Shown piece after piece: positions 1 to 11,269 of a stretch of 64,000 nucleotides of DNA; positions within the stretch are counted from its first letter, which is position 1, and each line of letters opens with the position of its first letter. The notes under the pieces are model-generated. The model was not told the origin of the DNA. It ran no database searches and saw only the letters and a program-made list of their open reading frames with translations. This DNA is from Octopus bimaculoides (lineage: Eukaryota), in the NCBI RefSeq assembly GCF_001194135.2, contig NC_068981.1:58328418-58392417 (forward strand), read 5' to 3'. The translations under genes and the position numbers were made by a program.

Positions 1-281
1 AGATCGTTGCCAGTGCCCCTGGACTGGCTTGTGCGGGTGGCACATAAAAGACACCATTTCGAGCGTGGCCGTTGCCAGTATCGCCTGACTGGCCTTCGTG
101 CAGGTGACACGTAAAAGCACCCACTACACTCTCTGAGTGGTTGGCGTTAGGAAGGGCATCCAGCTGTAGAAACTCTGCCAAATTTAGATTGGAGCCTGGT
201 GTTGCCATCCGGTTTCACCAGTCCTCAGTCAAATCGTCCAACCCATGCTAGCATGGAAAGCGGACGTTAAACGATGATGAT
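1..281 (+). mobile_element. RTE 3'UTR fragment with (GAT)n tail
   Basis: Family core gggcatccagctgtagaaactctgccaaat...ggacgttaaacgatgatg. Confidence 0.9.
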
Positions 282-516
282 AGTGGTATTCTGAACAAAT
301 GAGTCACCTGGAACATATAAAAAACAAACAATCCTGTCTGGGAATTTTCCATCACCATAGACCTATCCTGTGAGCTCTAAGCCCCAGTATTCTAACACAA
401 AGGAGTGTTTAATTACATTATTTCCACATACCAGTGACATATCCTAGAAATAGAAGGGCATGCCAGTGTATGATATCCTTTCAGATCAATCTTTTTATTA
501 CTCCTATACCTTGTAC

Positions 517-572
517 GTATGTATGTATGTATGTATGTATGTATGTATGTATGTATGTATGTATGTATGTAT
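517..572. repeat. (TATG)n microsatellite
   Basis: Direct reading. Confidence 0.98.
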
Positions 573-765
573 GCATGCATGATGTGTGTAGTTCATAGAT
601 GAGAATCAGATATTCTCCATATAGAATACACTTAGTAGTGCTCAAAAGATTTAAACTTGAGCGGGTATAGAAATAAAAGTAGAGATAAGCAAGTCAGTAT
701 ATAAAGTATATTAAATACAGGAATTACAAAAAATGTATATATGTATACATGCAAAAAAAGATCTT

Positions 766-955
766 CATGCTGGTGGCACGTAAAAGCACCCACTACACTC
801 TCGGAGTAGTTGGCGTTAGGAAGGGCATCCAGCTGTAGAAACTCTGCCAAATCAGATCAGAGCCTGGATTTAGCCATCTGGTTCACCAGTCCTCAGTCAA
901 ATCGTCCAACCCATGCTAGCATGGAAAGCGGACGTTAAACGATGATGATGATGAT
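766..955 (+). mobile_element. RTE 3'UTR fragment
   Basis: Same core as 1-281. Confidence 0.9.
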
Positions 956-1175
956 GAGCTGGCAAAATCATTTGCATGCCAGACAAAGTACTTAGTAGCA
1001 TTTCATCCACCTTTATGTTCTGAGTTCAAATGCAGCCAAGGTCAACTTTGCCTTTCATCTTGTTGGAGTCAATAAAATAAGTACCAGTCAAGCACTGAGG
1101 TTGGTGTATTTGACTATCACACCCAAAATTTCAAGCCTTATGCCTATAGTAGAAAGAACTATTATTATTATTATC
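956..1175 (+). mobile_element. SINE family B with (ATT)n tail
   Basis: tRNA-like head (ttctgagttcaaat) and core gtcaactttgcctttcatc...aataaaataagtaccag. Related pieces at 13200-13350, 18990-19095, 20420-20545, 44838-44905, 45520-45905. The core resembles Meta/Sauria-type SINE domains (from recall). Confidence 0.82.
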
Positions 1176-1397
1176 AAGGAAAAAGAAAAATTCTTACAAT
1201 TGCATTAAATGGTTATGGCTAGTTATGTTTATTGCTGTAAAATATATTATAAGATCAATAAATGCCAAAAATTCCCTGAACATGAGTTTTTTTCAGAATA
1301 TTTTCTTTTCCTATTTTTGCCTTTTTTTTTATGAATTGCTTATCAAGTAATGCAAACAAATTTTATTTTTTATACCATTTTATATGTACTATAAAAG

Positions 1398-1499
1398 ATA
1401 ACAATGCATATTTGATATCAGAATGTGCTTCAATAGATTTTAAAACATTTCTGCATGGGAATCAATTAATGTGTAGATATGTATATGAACACAAATATG
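1398..1499 (+). CDS. Candidate internal exon of an unidentified plus-strand gene: (D)NNAYLISECASIDFKTFLHGNQLMCRYVYEHKY
   Basis: Open frame, G|gtaatt donor at 1500, phase 1 matches the next candidate exon; acceptor (ataaaag) is weak. Confidence 0.35.
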
Positions 1500-1709
1500 G
1501 TAATTATAAAAGACTGTAAAATAAATTCATCAGAGTATTTATATATGGATTTCTATGTATAAATGTAATGGTAAGTGTAGTTTGTAAATGTTAAGTGCAA
1601 TTCAGTAAGTGCTATGTGTAAGCCAATAAGTGTTAAATGTAATTATGCACAAACTAATATGTAGATATGCCGATCACTTGTTATCACCTCTGTGACACTC
1701 AAGATCCAA

Positions 1710-2087
1710 AGATAATGCTTCATAGGGCGAGGTGGTGAAACATGATCTTCAAATGTTGAATCTCACGGAGGTGATGGCAAGTGATTGATACTTTGGCAAT
1801 TTTCTGTGCTTTAGAAGACATGTCAAGCCAAGTGAATTCATAGCTGTGGCCAGTGCTGGTAACACATAAAAGGCATCCAAGCTGGTGACTCATAAAAGGC
1901 ACCTGTGCTAGTGGCACATAAAAGACATCCACAACACTCTTGGAGTGGTTGGCATTAGGAAAGGCATCCAGCCATACAAAACAAGACCAAATCAGACTGA
2001 AGCCTAGTACAGCTCTCTAGTTTACCAGTCCCAGCCAAATTTTCTAGCTCATGCCAGCATGGAAAATGGACACTAAATGGTGATTAT

Positions 2088-2167
<80 letters not shown>

Positions 2168-2330
2168 TTAACATCTGTTTTCCTGCATGGGTTGAACGGT
2201 TTGACAGAGTCAGCAAGACCAGGAGCCACATCAGGTTCTATTGTCTGTTTTGACTTGCTTTCTACAGCTGGATGCCCTTCCTAACACCAACTGCTTTGCA
2301 GAATGTACTGGCTGCTTTTTATGTGACACT
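1710..2330. mobile_element. Two older RTE 3' fragments joined tail-to-tail around a long (CAT)n run (2088-2167)
   Basis: Plus-orientation copy ends ~2085; minus-orientation copy starts after the (CAT)n run. Confidence 0.8.
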
Positions 2331-2374
2331 ATATATATATATATACATATATATATACATATATATATCCACAC

Positions 2375-2422
<48 letters not shown>

Positions 2423-2722
2423 TTTTATTTGCTTCAGTCATTTGACTGTGACCATGCTGGAGCACCGTTCTTAGTCAAACAAATCGACTCCAGAACTTAT
2501 TCTTTGTAAACCTACNNNNNNNNNNNNNNNNNNNNNNNNNNNNNNNNNNNNNNNNNNNNNNNNNNNNNNNNNNNNNNNNNNNNNNNNNNNNNNNNNNNNN
2601 NNNNNNNNNNNNNNNNNNNNNNNNNNNNNNNNNNNNNNNNNNNNNNNNNNNNNNNNNNNNNNNNNNNNNNNNNNNNNNNNNNNNNNNNNNNNNNNNNNNN
2701 NNNNNNNNNNNNNNNNNNNNNN

Positions 2723-2768
<46 letters not shown>

Positions 2769-2913
2769 TTATATATATATATTCTATTTGTTCATGTTTT
2801 CATATATATGTGGACATAAATTTGAAGGCACGTATCATTAAATATCTGTATTTGCATGTACATAATATTAATATAGAAATGAAAGCTTACATATAAATCT
2901 ACTATATTTACAG

Positions 2914-2990
2914 ATACTAGATATAGCTATGTATACACAAGAGTGATTTCTGTAAACATGGCTGGAAAACAGGACTCTTGGTTGCTGAAG
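2914..2990 (+). CDS. Candidate exon: (D)TRYSYVYTRVISVNMAGKQDSWLLK
   Basis: tatttacag| acceptor, AAG|gtaact donor, 77 nt; non-repetitive sequence with higher GC than its flanks. Confidence 0.5.
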
Positions 2991-3338
2991 GTAACTGATG
3001 TTTCATTCACAAAGAGAAATTCAGTTTTTTTATCCGGAATTTGTGAATGGCAGAATCATTGATCTGTACCATTCATAAAAATGGAACTGTTTAGAATGTT
3101 TCTAAATTGTTTTTTTCCATTTCATTGACTAAAAATGGTGCCCATTTGTCTGAATAATATTGTACAGTAAGTTAATCAGAAAGGTTGGTCATAGAATTCA
3201 CACATTATGTATATATAGTTAATATAGCTGTGTAAAGTCTGTTACAGTCACTGCAGTCAGTTAGATGTTCACACTATTTCTCGGATACATTTTTCTTTTT
3301 AATTACAGGCAATTTTTTTTTTTCCTTTCTTTCTTAAG

Positions 3339-3362
3339 GATTCATTGAAGACTTGCCAATAG
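3339..3362 (+). CDS. Candidate terminal coding exon: DSLKTCQ*
   Basis: Strong pyrimidine tract (ttttttttttcctttctttcttaag|), phase 0 matches the previous exon; no AATAAA seen close downstream. Confidence 0.4.
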   Translation, partial: DSLKTCQ

Positions 3363-3399
3363 ATGCAATGTTATGTACACTTACAAAAATATGAGTATG

Positions 3400-3552
3400 T
3401 GTGAAGTGTGTGTGTGTGTATAGACATATATGTGTGTGTGTCTCTCTGTCTCTGTGGTGTGCATGTGTGCGTGTATGTATATGTGTAATTCACACACACA
3501 GACGCACACACACAGACGCACACACACACACGTGCATATATGTGTGTGTGTG

Positions 3553-3614
<62 letters not shown>

Positions 3615-3650
3615 TAAATAGATAGAGAGATACATACATACATACATACA

Positions 3651-3684
<34 letters not shown>

Positions 3685-3903
3685 CATACATACATACATA
3701 CATACATACATACATACATACATACAGAAATAGACATAGACATGTTTGTTTTTGCATGAAACCAAGCCAAAAATGAAAAGCATGTGAGCAGTAAGTCTGA
3801 ATAAGAACTGACTTGAACCTTGACAACCTGTCTATTGCATGCTAACACAGAAAGCAGATGAACAGATGACGGTGTGTGTGTGTGTGTGTGTGTACATATG
3901 TAC

Positions 3904-3955
<52 letters not shown>

Positions 3956-3995
3956 TATGTATGTATATATGTATATGTTTATATGTATATATAAA
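3400..3995. repeat. Compound (TG)/(CA)/(TA)/(TACA) microsatellite field
   Basis: Direct reading; source of the spurious IY/CV-repeat ORFs. Confidence 0.98.
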
Positions 3996-4001
3996 TGTGT
4001 A

Positions 4002-4370
4002 CAGGGTGGTGCAAAAGTTGGCTAACAATTCTATATTTCTAATTTTTACAGGATAGTGAAGCATAATGGTGTGCAAGCTGACAGATGAGGAAAGAAAGTA
4101 GATCCTAAAGAATTATTGGAAATTTGAAAATGCGGAAACAATACATCAGAAGTGGACAGAAACCTTTCAGACTGTGCCACCTTCACAACAAACGATTTAC
4201 AAAATAAGAGACAAATTCGAAGAGACAGGTTCAGTAAAGAATACCACGAAATCTGGACATCCTCAAGCAGCCTCAACTACATGGGTTCATTACAAAGGCC
4301 TGCCTGGAAATCAACACTGACCTAGACCTGTGTCATCATGTGTGCTACAGTGTGGCTGATAGACTCCAAT
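4002..4370 (+). mobile_element. Internally deleted Tc1/mariner element (DUF4817-type HTH N-terminus)
   Basis: TA-CAGGGTG terminus; ATG 4066 reads MVCKLTDEERK*ILKNYWKFENAETIHQKWTETFQTVPPSQQTIYKIRDKFEETGSVKNTTKSGHP, followed by a C-terminal-like piece (CYSVADRLQ). Confidence 0.8.
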
Positions 4371-4393
4371 ATATATATATATATATATATATA

Positions 4394-6753
4394 TTAGCAG
4401 TAATACCCATCATTGATCAGGTAATTACTTTTACTGTTTCTAAGGAGTCACATTCAAAGTATTATTATATATATAATTTACTCCTCCTGTATGTGTGTAT
4501 TTTTATAAAAGAAAAATATGTAATAATTGAAGTAGAAAAAGGATCAATTTCACACATGAACTTGTGTTTGTTTATTATTTGACAATAATAAGTAAGTTGT
4601 ATGTGTTATTTTATTTATTAATACAGTAATGGCAATTATATAATATTGTTATAAGAGAAGAAACATGTAATAATTGAAGTAGGAAAAAGATCAATTTCAT
4701 ACATGAATTTCTCTTTGCTTATTATATAATAATAAGTGAGTTGTATGTGTTATTTTATTTATCAATACAGCAACAGCAATTATATAATACAGTTCATTTA
4801 AATAGGTAAATTATTCATTCTTCAATGTAATGATAGTAATGATAAATTAAGTTATTGAAGTATTCATATAGCATTAAGAGTGAATATTTTTTTATAAACA
4901 ATGCTTTTTGTCTTATTTCAGGGTGCATAAGCAGAAAGATTTGCTTTTGTTCCCACACATGATGCTCTTACATAAAGTTGGCCATGTGAAAAGCATGGCT
5001 GTCCAAGTTGCAATCCAGTGTTTGGCCCTGACTTTTATTAATGCTCATGGCAAAAGAAACATGGATAGGAAACTGTAATCACTTAAATTGGAATGGACCA
5101 TTAGATGATATAATTGGTATTTGAGGAATGAAGACGGTCTCACCTTTACCACAACCAGTGAGAATATTTGCCTCAATGCAGTTCCTCATGAGTTTGTGCA
5201 CAATTAATCATGTACCATTACATAATTTTGGTTGAGACAAATTATGTAATAGCATAATAGGAGTCCCTTTTTTCAGCTGAAGACCATGAGGAGCTATGCC
5301 TGGTGGTTCTAGTGAGTTCAAAAATTCGATGGAGTAGTTAACAATATCCTGATCATCAACAACCCTGTCAATTGAGTTATAAGTGAATACTTCTCCTGGA
5401 AGTTTATTGAATAGCAACATTTTTGTGGGGCCAGGATAGCTCACTTACAAATCTAGTCTGTATTGTTGTTATTATGAAGAAGATTAGGAAAGATTTCATC
5501 TACCAAATCATTAACGGAATCAGTTGAGTTACATTTTGGATTGAGTGTAAGAAAGTGTTCTTTATCAATTGGAACTCATCCTTCACCAAATTTCAAAAGC
5601 TGCTCTGCAAATAGTTCAGCTGATTGGTCTCTTGAAAAGCTTTAATCTCATATAATAACTGAAGTAAAAAAAAACAATTTCATATATGAACTTCTGTTTG
5701 TTTATTATAGGATTATAATAAGTGTGTTGTTTGTGTTATTTTGTTATTTTATTTATCAATACAGCAATGGCAATTATATAATACAGTTCATTTAAATAGG
5801 CAATTTACTCATTCTTGAACATAATGATAGTAATGGCAAATTAAGTTATTGAAGTATTCAAGCTGCATTAAGAGTGAATAGTTCTTTATAAACAATGTTT
5901 TTCTGTTTTATTTCGGGGTGCATAAGCAAAAAAAATTGCTTTTGCTTCCAAATGGGATGCTCGTACATAAAGTTGGCCAAATGGCTCTTCAAATTGCAAT
6001 CCAGTAACTTTTAGTATTTAGCCCTGACTTTTATTAATGCTAATGTCAAAAGCAAGTGGGATAAGAAACTGTAACTGCTTAAATTGGAATGGGACATTAG
6101 ATGGTATAACTGGTATGTGAGGAATGAAAATGGTCTCACCTTTACCACAACCAGTGAGAATATTTGCCTCAATGCACTTTGTCATAAGTTTGTGCACAAT
6201 TAATCTTGTACCATTACATAATTTTGGTAGAAACAAATTACACAATAGCATAATAGGAGTCCATTTTTGTCAGGTGAAGACAATGAGGAGCTGTACCTGG
6301 TGGTTCTAGTGAGTTCAAAAGTTCGATGGGATAGTTAACAATACCCTGATCATCAACAACCCTGTCAATTGAGTTATAAGTGAATACTTCTCCTGGAAGT
6401 TTATTCAATAGCATATTATTAATGCTATGTACAGCAACATTTTTTGGAGCCAAGATAGGTCACTCACAAATACAATCTGTGTTGTTGTAATTGTGAAGAA
6501 GATTAGGAAAGACTTCACCAACCAAATCATCAATGGAATCAGCTGAATTACATATTGGATTGACTGTAATAAATTAGGCAGTAGCATAATAGCTTCCCTT
6601 GAACCAGGTACTTTCATTTTGCCAGAGAAAGAAAGAGACAGAATTTCAATTTTATATATATAGGAAAAGCATAATAGCTTCTCCTAAACCATTTAGTTTC
6701 ATTTTGATGGACAGACAAACAAACGGAGAGCATCTCTCTTTTATATATATAGA
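4394..6753 (-). mobile_element. Non-autonomous Helitron carrying two tandem copies of a decayed PIF1-helicase C-terminal segment
   Basis: 5' TCTATATATATAAAAG at 6753; 3' degenerate hairpin (4405-4422) + CTAA at 4394; (AT)n flanks; ORF fragments [37 protein letters not shown] in both copies. Confidence 0.9.
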
Positions 6754-6829
6754 TATACATATATATATAAGTATATACATATATGGCTGGCACTCCATCG
6801 GTTACGACAACAAAGGTTCCATGATGCTG

Positions 6830-8690
6830 TCCTCAGCTCAGTAAGAGAGAAGGTCCCACAACTCTACCGCCTTGCATGGCAGGCTTATCAGGAGCCATCC
6901 TATCTCTCTTTCGGTGAGCAAATCATCACCTCTGCCTCAGGAATCCAACAAGGCAACCCACTTGGGCCCTCTCTGTTGCACTGGGCATTGATGACATCAC
7001 CAAGATGGACGTCGAGCTAGACCTCAACATCTGGTATCCTGACATTTGTTTGGGGGGACCACCAAACAGGGTTCTCACCATTGCTAACATGATGGTTGGG
7101 TAGCTTAGTTGCCGAGGTTTCCAAGTAAGTGGCTCCAAATGTGAGCTCTGGATCCTCAACCACCCAGCTTCTCAACATCAACCAACTATTGACCTTTTTG
7201 CAGAGGCCTTCCCTTCCATCGCAATCCCTCCCCCATTGGCTTGGTGCTCTCTAGGTGCCCCAATCACTGACCTTGCCTTTGAGTCCATCTTCCAGTTGAA
7301 GGTGGCTGCCCTTGAGCAATTGCTGAAAAATATTGAAGCTATCGAATGCCATCAAGGTTTTTTTATACTTAGGAATTACCTCTCGATCCCTAAGCTTCTG
7401 TATTTACTCAGAGTCAGCTCATCTTACCGATTCCCATTGTGCCTCCAATGCTTCAACAACCTAATCTTTGAGAGACTCGAATGCTTAGTCAATGTCAGAC
7501 TCTCTCCACCATCCCGTGATGAGGCTGCATTGCCCAAGCAATTTAGAGGTCTTGGTCTTTATAAGTGTTCACCATTCTCTCTCCCTTTCTTCCCTTTCCT
7601 CCACCCATGCCTGCTCCACCCTGGTGAGCAACATCCTCTCCTCTCCAACATGGATCAGTTCCAACAGGGAGTTGGACGAAGCTCTCCAACACTGGAGGTA
7701 ATTGGGCTTGTCTGCTCCTGAGAAGGTGGAGGACTATCAGAGTCAGAAAGCTTGGGACAACATAATTTTGAAGGCTACTTTTGACTCCCTCTTCATCCAG
7801 TAGGACCAGTTTTCAAGGTGCCGCTTACTGTCTGCTAGCACCAAATACTCACGTGACTGGATTGATGTCATCCCTGTGGCTAATGTTGGTGGCCTACTCA
7901 GCTTGGATTTGATTTGTCATTGTGGCAGGCTCCTTGACTCCACAGGCCTCCATGGCCTTTCTTGCTGCCTGAATGGTGGTTGCCTCACATGTCATACAGA
8001 GTTGAACCTGATACTCAAGAGGAGCTTGGCCCGGGCAAACACCTTCTCCATCTTGGAACCAGGTGACAAGAGACCTGATGGCCTCACCCTGTGCCCCTGG
8101 TTATAAGGCAGAAGCTGTGGATCTCGCCCTGACCGCAGCAGCCTTGTCTGGGATGTCACAGTTAGCGACTCCTTTGCTTCTTCTCACAACCAGGATGCTG
8201 CAGTCAGGGTGAGATCCACAGCTTCTGCAGCCAAGCGGAACAAAATCCTGAAATACCGCAATCTCTGGGTCAACTACATTTTCCATCCTGTGGTATTCGA
8301 GACGTTTGGTGGGGCCAGACCACATACTGCGAGATTCTTGTCTTCATTGGCAACTTGCCTCACAGAGGTAATTGGTGAGGCTCATGAGGGCGCTTGGCTG
8401 TTCCAGTGCATCGGCCTTGCCATCACTTGCAAGCGTGTTGGTGTGTCTCAATAGCCATTAGAAAGGTTTCTCAGCGCCCCAACTTTTCAACCGAAGGTGG
8501 TGAATTGTTTTGGGGGGGTTTTTTGTGGGGGGGTTCCTTTTTTCTCTTTCTTCTTTCTCTCTTTCTCTTTTTTCTCTTTAATTTTTTCAATTGTGTTCTC
8601 TGTTTTGTCCAGTTTTCTAGCTTGATTTTGTAAAACAGTAAACACTGTGAAGGCAATAAAATTTTAATCATATTATATTTACTATAAGAT
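6830..8690 (+). mobile_element. 5'-truncated, decayed RLE-type non-LTR retrotransposon, CRE-clade-like
   Basis: RT motifs SGIQQGNPLGP / IWYPD, thumb LRNYLSIPKLLYLLR and AALPKQFRGLG, zinc knuckle CHCG...HGLSC, endonuclease KRPDG...LVWDVTV...KY...FHPVVFETFG; several frameshifts. Confidence 0.8.
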
Positions 8691-8694
8691 TAAT

Positions 8695-9470
8695 AAATAA
8701 ATTATAAATAAAGTCATTTTTAACATGCTAATGATTAACTCCATGTCTGAAATTTTAAAAATAGTGAAAATTGACTATTAAAATACTTGAATTTTTGTCA
8801 TTTGCCTTTTCTGAACAGCCCTACTACATGATTCAGTACTGCTCATAGAGACAAAATCAAAAAAGTTGTTATATTTTATTAAATAATCTTGTTATTAAAA
8901 TAATTTATCCAAAAATGCACTTTAAAAAGCCATACTCCAAACAATTAAGCAAAAAAAATTCATTTTTTATAAAAAATAATTTAGACTAATGAAAATAAAT
9001 ATCAGAACTCTTTGTATCGATTTGTGTTGTCTTTTATCTTTTGTTGTGTATGCGCCTTAGAATTAGGTTAGTTTCTTATATGAGTAGTGTCCCTTTAATT
9101 TCACGCAAAAATTGATAAAAATTTGAGAATTAAATTTAAATATATTTTTTTACTAATGGATAAAATTTTACGAAATCTTTACCAATATATTCCTTTAACA
9201 TTTCTCTTTCATATTAATATCAATATAATAATTCTTAATCAAAATTAAAAGAATGGTGTGGATTCAAAGTGTCAATGTCGGGCGAAACAACCCGTCAGTC
9301 AACCAGTTTGCTCTCTACATTTTTCCTCTTAACTTTTGTTCTACTGTACCAGATTTTAAGTATTTTATGTCTAAATGTAGCTTATCACTAGTCAAACATA
9401 ATTCAAAAAACTAAATTTGATTTCAATTAAAACTGAATTAGTGAAACTACTTGGAAGACACCGTAGTTGA
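8695..9470. mobile_element. Unclassified interspersed repeat (~780 bp), copy 1
   Basis: Colinear high similarity to 40130-40890 (e.g. cagccctactacatgattcagtactgctcatagagacaaaatc in both). Confidence 0.8.
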
Positions 9471-10341
9471 ATGATTATATATATATATATATATATATGT
9501 AAGAACGACTGTGCGAACTCAAAAAGGAGAAATGGTGACGAATGGAAAAACAGGACTCCTTTTATTTATACGCGTCACACAGTCGAACACAAAATTATAT
9601 ATCAAAGATGATATACAAATATGTTATACTACGATAACACAAATAGCCAGTAATGAGACGATAGAAAAGACAACCGTATAAGATGAATAACAGAAATATT
9701 TATTGTGGCATTAAAGATGTATGTCTGTGTGTGAGTGTGNNNNNNNNNNNNNNNNNNNNNNNNNNNNNNNNNNNNNNNNNNNNNNNNNNNNNNNNNNNNN
9801 NNNNNNNNNNNNNNNNNNNNNNNNNNNNNNNNNNNNNNNNNNNNNNNNNNNNNNNNNNNNNNNNNNNNNNNNNNNNNNNNNNNNNNNNNNNNNNNNNNNN
9901 NNNNNNNNNNNNNNNNNNNNNNNNNNNNNNNNNNNNNNNNNNNNNNNNNNNNNNNNNNNNNNNNNNNNNNNNNNNNNNNNNNNNNNNNNNNNNNNNNNNN
10001 NNNNNNNNNNNNNNNNNNNNNNNNNNNNNNNNNNNNNNNNNNNNNNNNNNNNNNNNNNNNNNNNNNNNNNNNNNNNNNNNNNNNNNNNNNNNNNNNNNNN
10101 NNNNNNNNNNNNNNNNNNNNNNNNNNNNNNNNNNNNNNNNNNNNNNNNNNNNNNNNNNNNNNNNNNNNNNNNNNNNNNNNNNNNNNNNNNNNNNNNNNNN
10201 NNNNNNNNNNNNNNNNNNNNNNNNNNNNNNNNNNNNNNNNNNNNNNNNNNNNNNNNNNNNNNNNNNNNNNNNNNNNNNNNNNNNNNNNNNNNNNNNNNNN
10301 NNNNNNNNNNNNNNNNNNNNNNNNNNNNNNNNNNNNNNNNN

Positions 10342-10700
10342 GTCTCGTGTTGCTGATGTGGCGACGGCGGTGGTAATCGTTGGCTGGACGAAGCTGTTGA
10401 AGTGGTCGCTGGCTGATTGTTGCTGCTGCTGTCGTGTGGTACACGGAACAGATCTCAAAGAGAAACTGAACCGAGACAAATTTGCTGGGTATGAGTTGAT
10501 CTATTTATAGCGTTCAGGGGGCTCCAAGACCGTAGTAGAAAAACACTATCACGTGACCTTATTAAGGGCTGTGATTGGTCAGTTTGCGTTCTGGCGGGAA
10601 CGGTTCGAAGAAGTTGCCGCTTCGAATATTAATCAGTCACGTGATGACAAGGAGATGGGTTCTCCGCTACGCCCGCACTTGTTTATATTTAAATGAGAAG
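10342..10700 (-). promoter_or_regulatory. CpG-rich promoter / 5'UTR-like island, probably driving leftward transcription
   Basis: High CpG density in an otherwise CpG-poor window. On the minus strand: E-box TCACGTGA 10637-10644, E2F-like GGCGGGAA 10593-10600, CCAAT 10574-10578, E-box 10549-10556, TATAAATA 10502-10509, then ~135 nt of ATG-free C/A-rich sequence running into a gap. Confidence 0.6.
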
Positions 10701-11269
10701 AATAGCGATAGGTAGTTTCACTACATATATAATCCATTCCAGCATGGAAAATTGATGATAATAATGATGATGATACTTTTTATTCTTTTAATACTTTTTC
10801 TTTCTTTTTATTTTTGTACTGGTTGAATCAGTGGACAGCAGCTATTTCTGGGAAACCACCTACAGCTGTAGTTGGTCGTATCTATCATTACTTTTTATAG
10901 ATTGTTTCTTATTTCATTGATCTATATCTATTGAATTCTAAACTATACTTTGATATAAAGGACCATACAACCAGTGTATAGTTGTAGGATAAATTTGAAT
11001 TAGAATAGAAATTCCAGATATTTGAAATAAAACCTAGAATCATGAGACCTCAGAGTGAATTTAGCAAAGATTAAGATATAAGTAAGCAGGAAAGAAGACA
11101 AAACTATGTTTCTGTCACGCAAATGATATTGAAGAAAATGTGTTTGTAAAAACACCTTACTTTATATTTAGTGTAAATATGCAAGAGGTGTTGTGGAATC
11201 AAAGGTGGGTTAATGCAGAAGATAAAATTCACATGGAGTCGGTGCACAGGAGAAGTAAGTACTAAGAGC

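Noticed and set aside
3381-4076. 231-aa and other overlapping ORFs rich in IY/CV/HT repeats (also 24092-24360, 27365-27840, 50459-50758)
   Set aside because: Translations of dinucleotide and tetranucleotide microsatellites; no coding signal.
9629-10510. Long ORFs of 211-275 aa
   Set aside because: Artefacts of reading through the 602-N gap; only the short flanks are real sequence.
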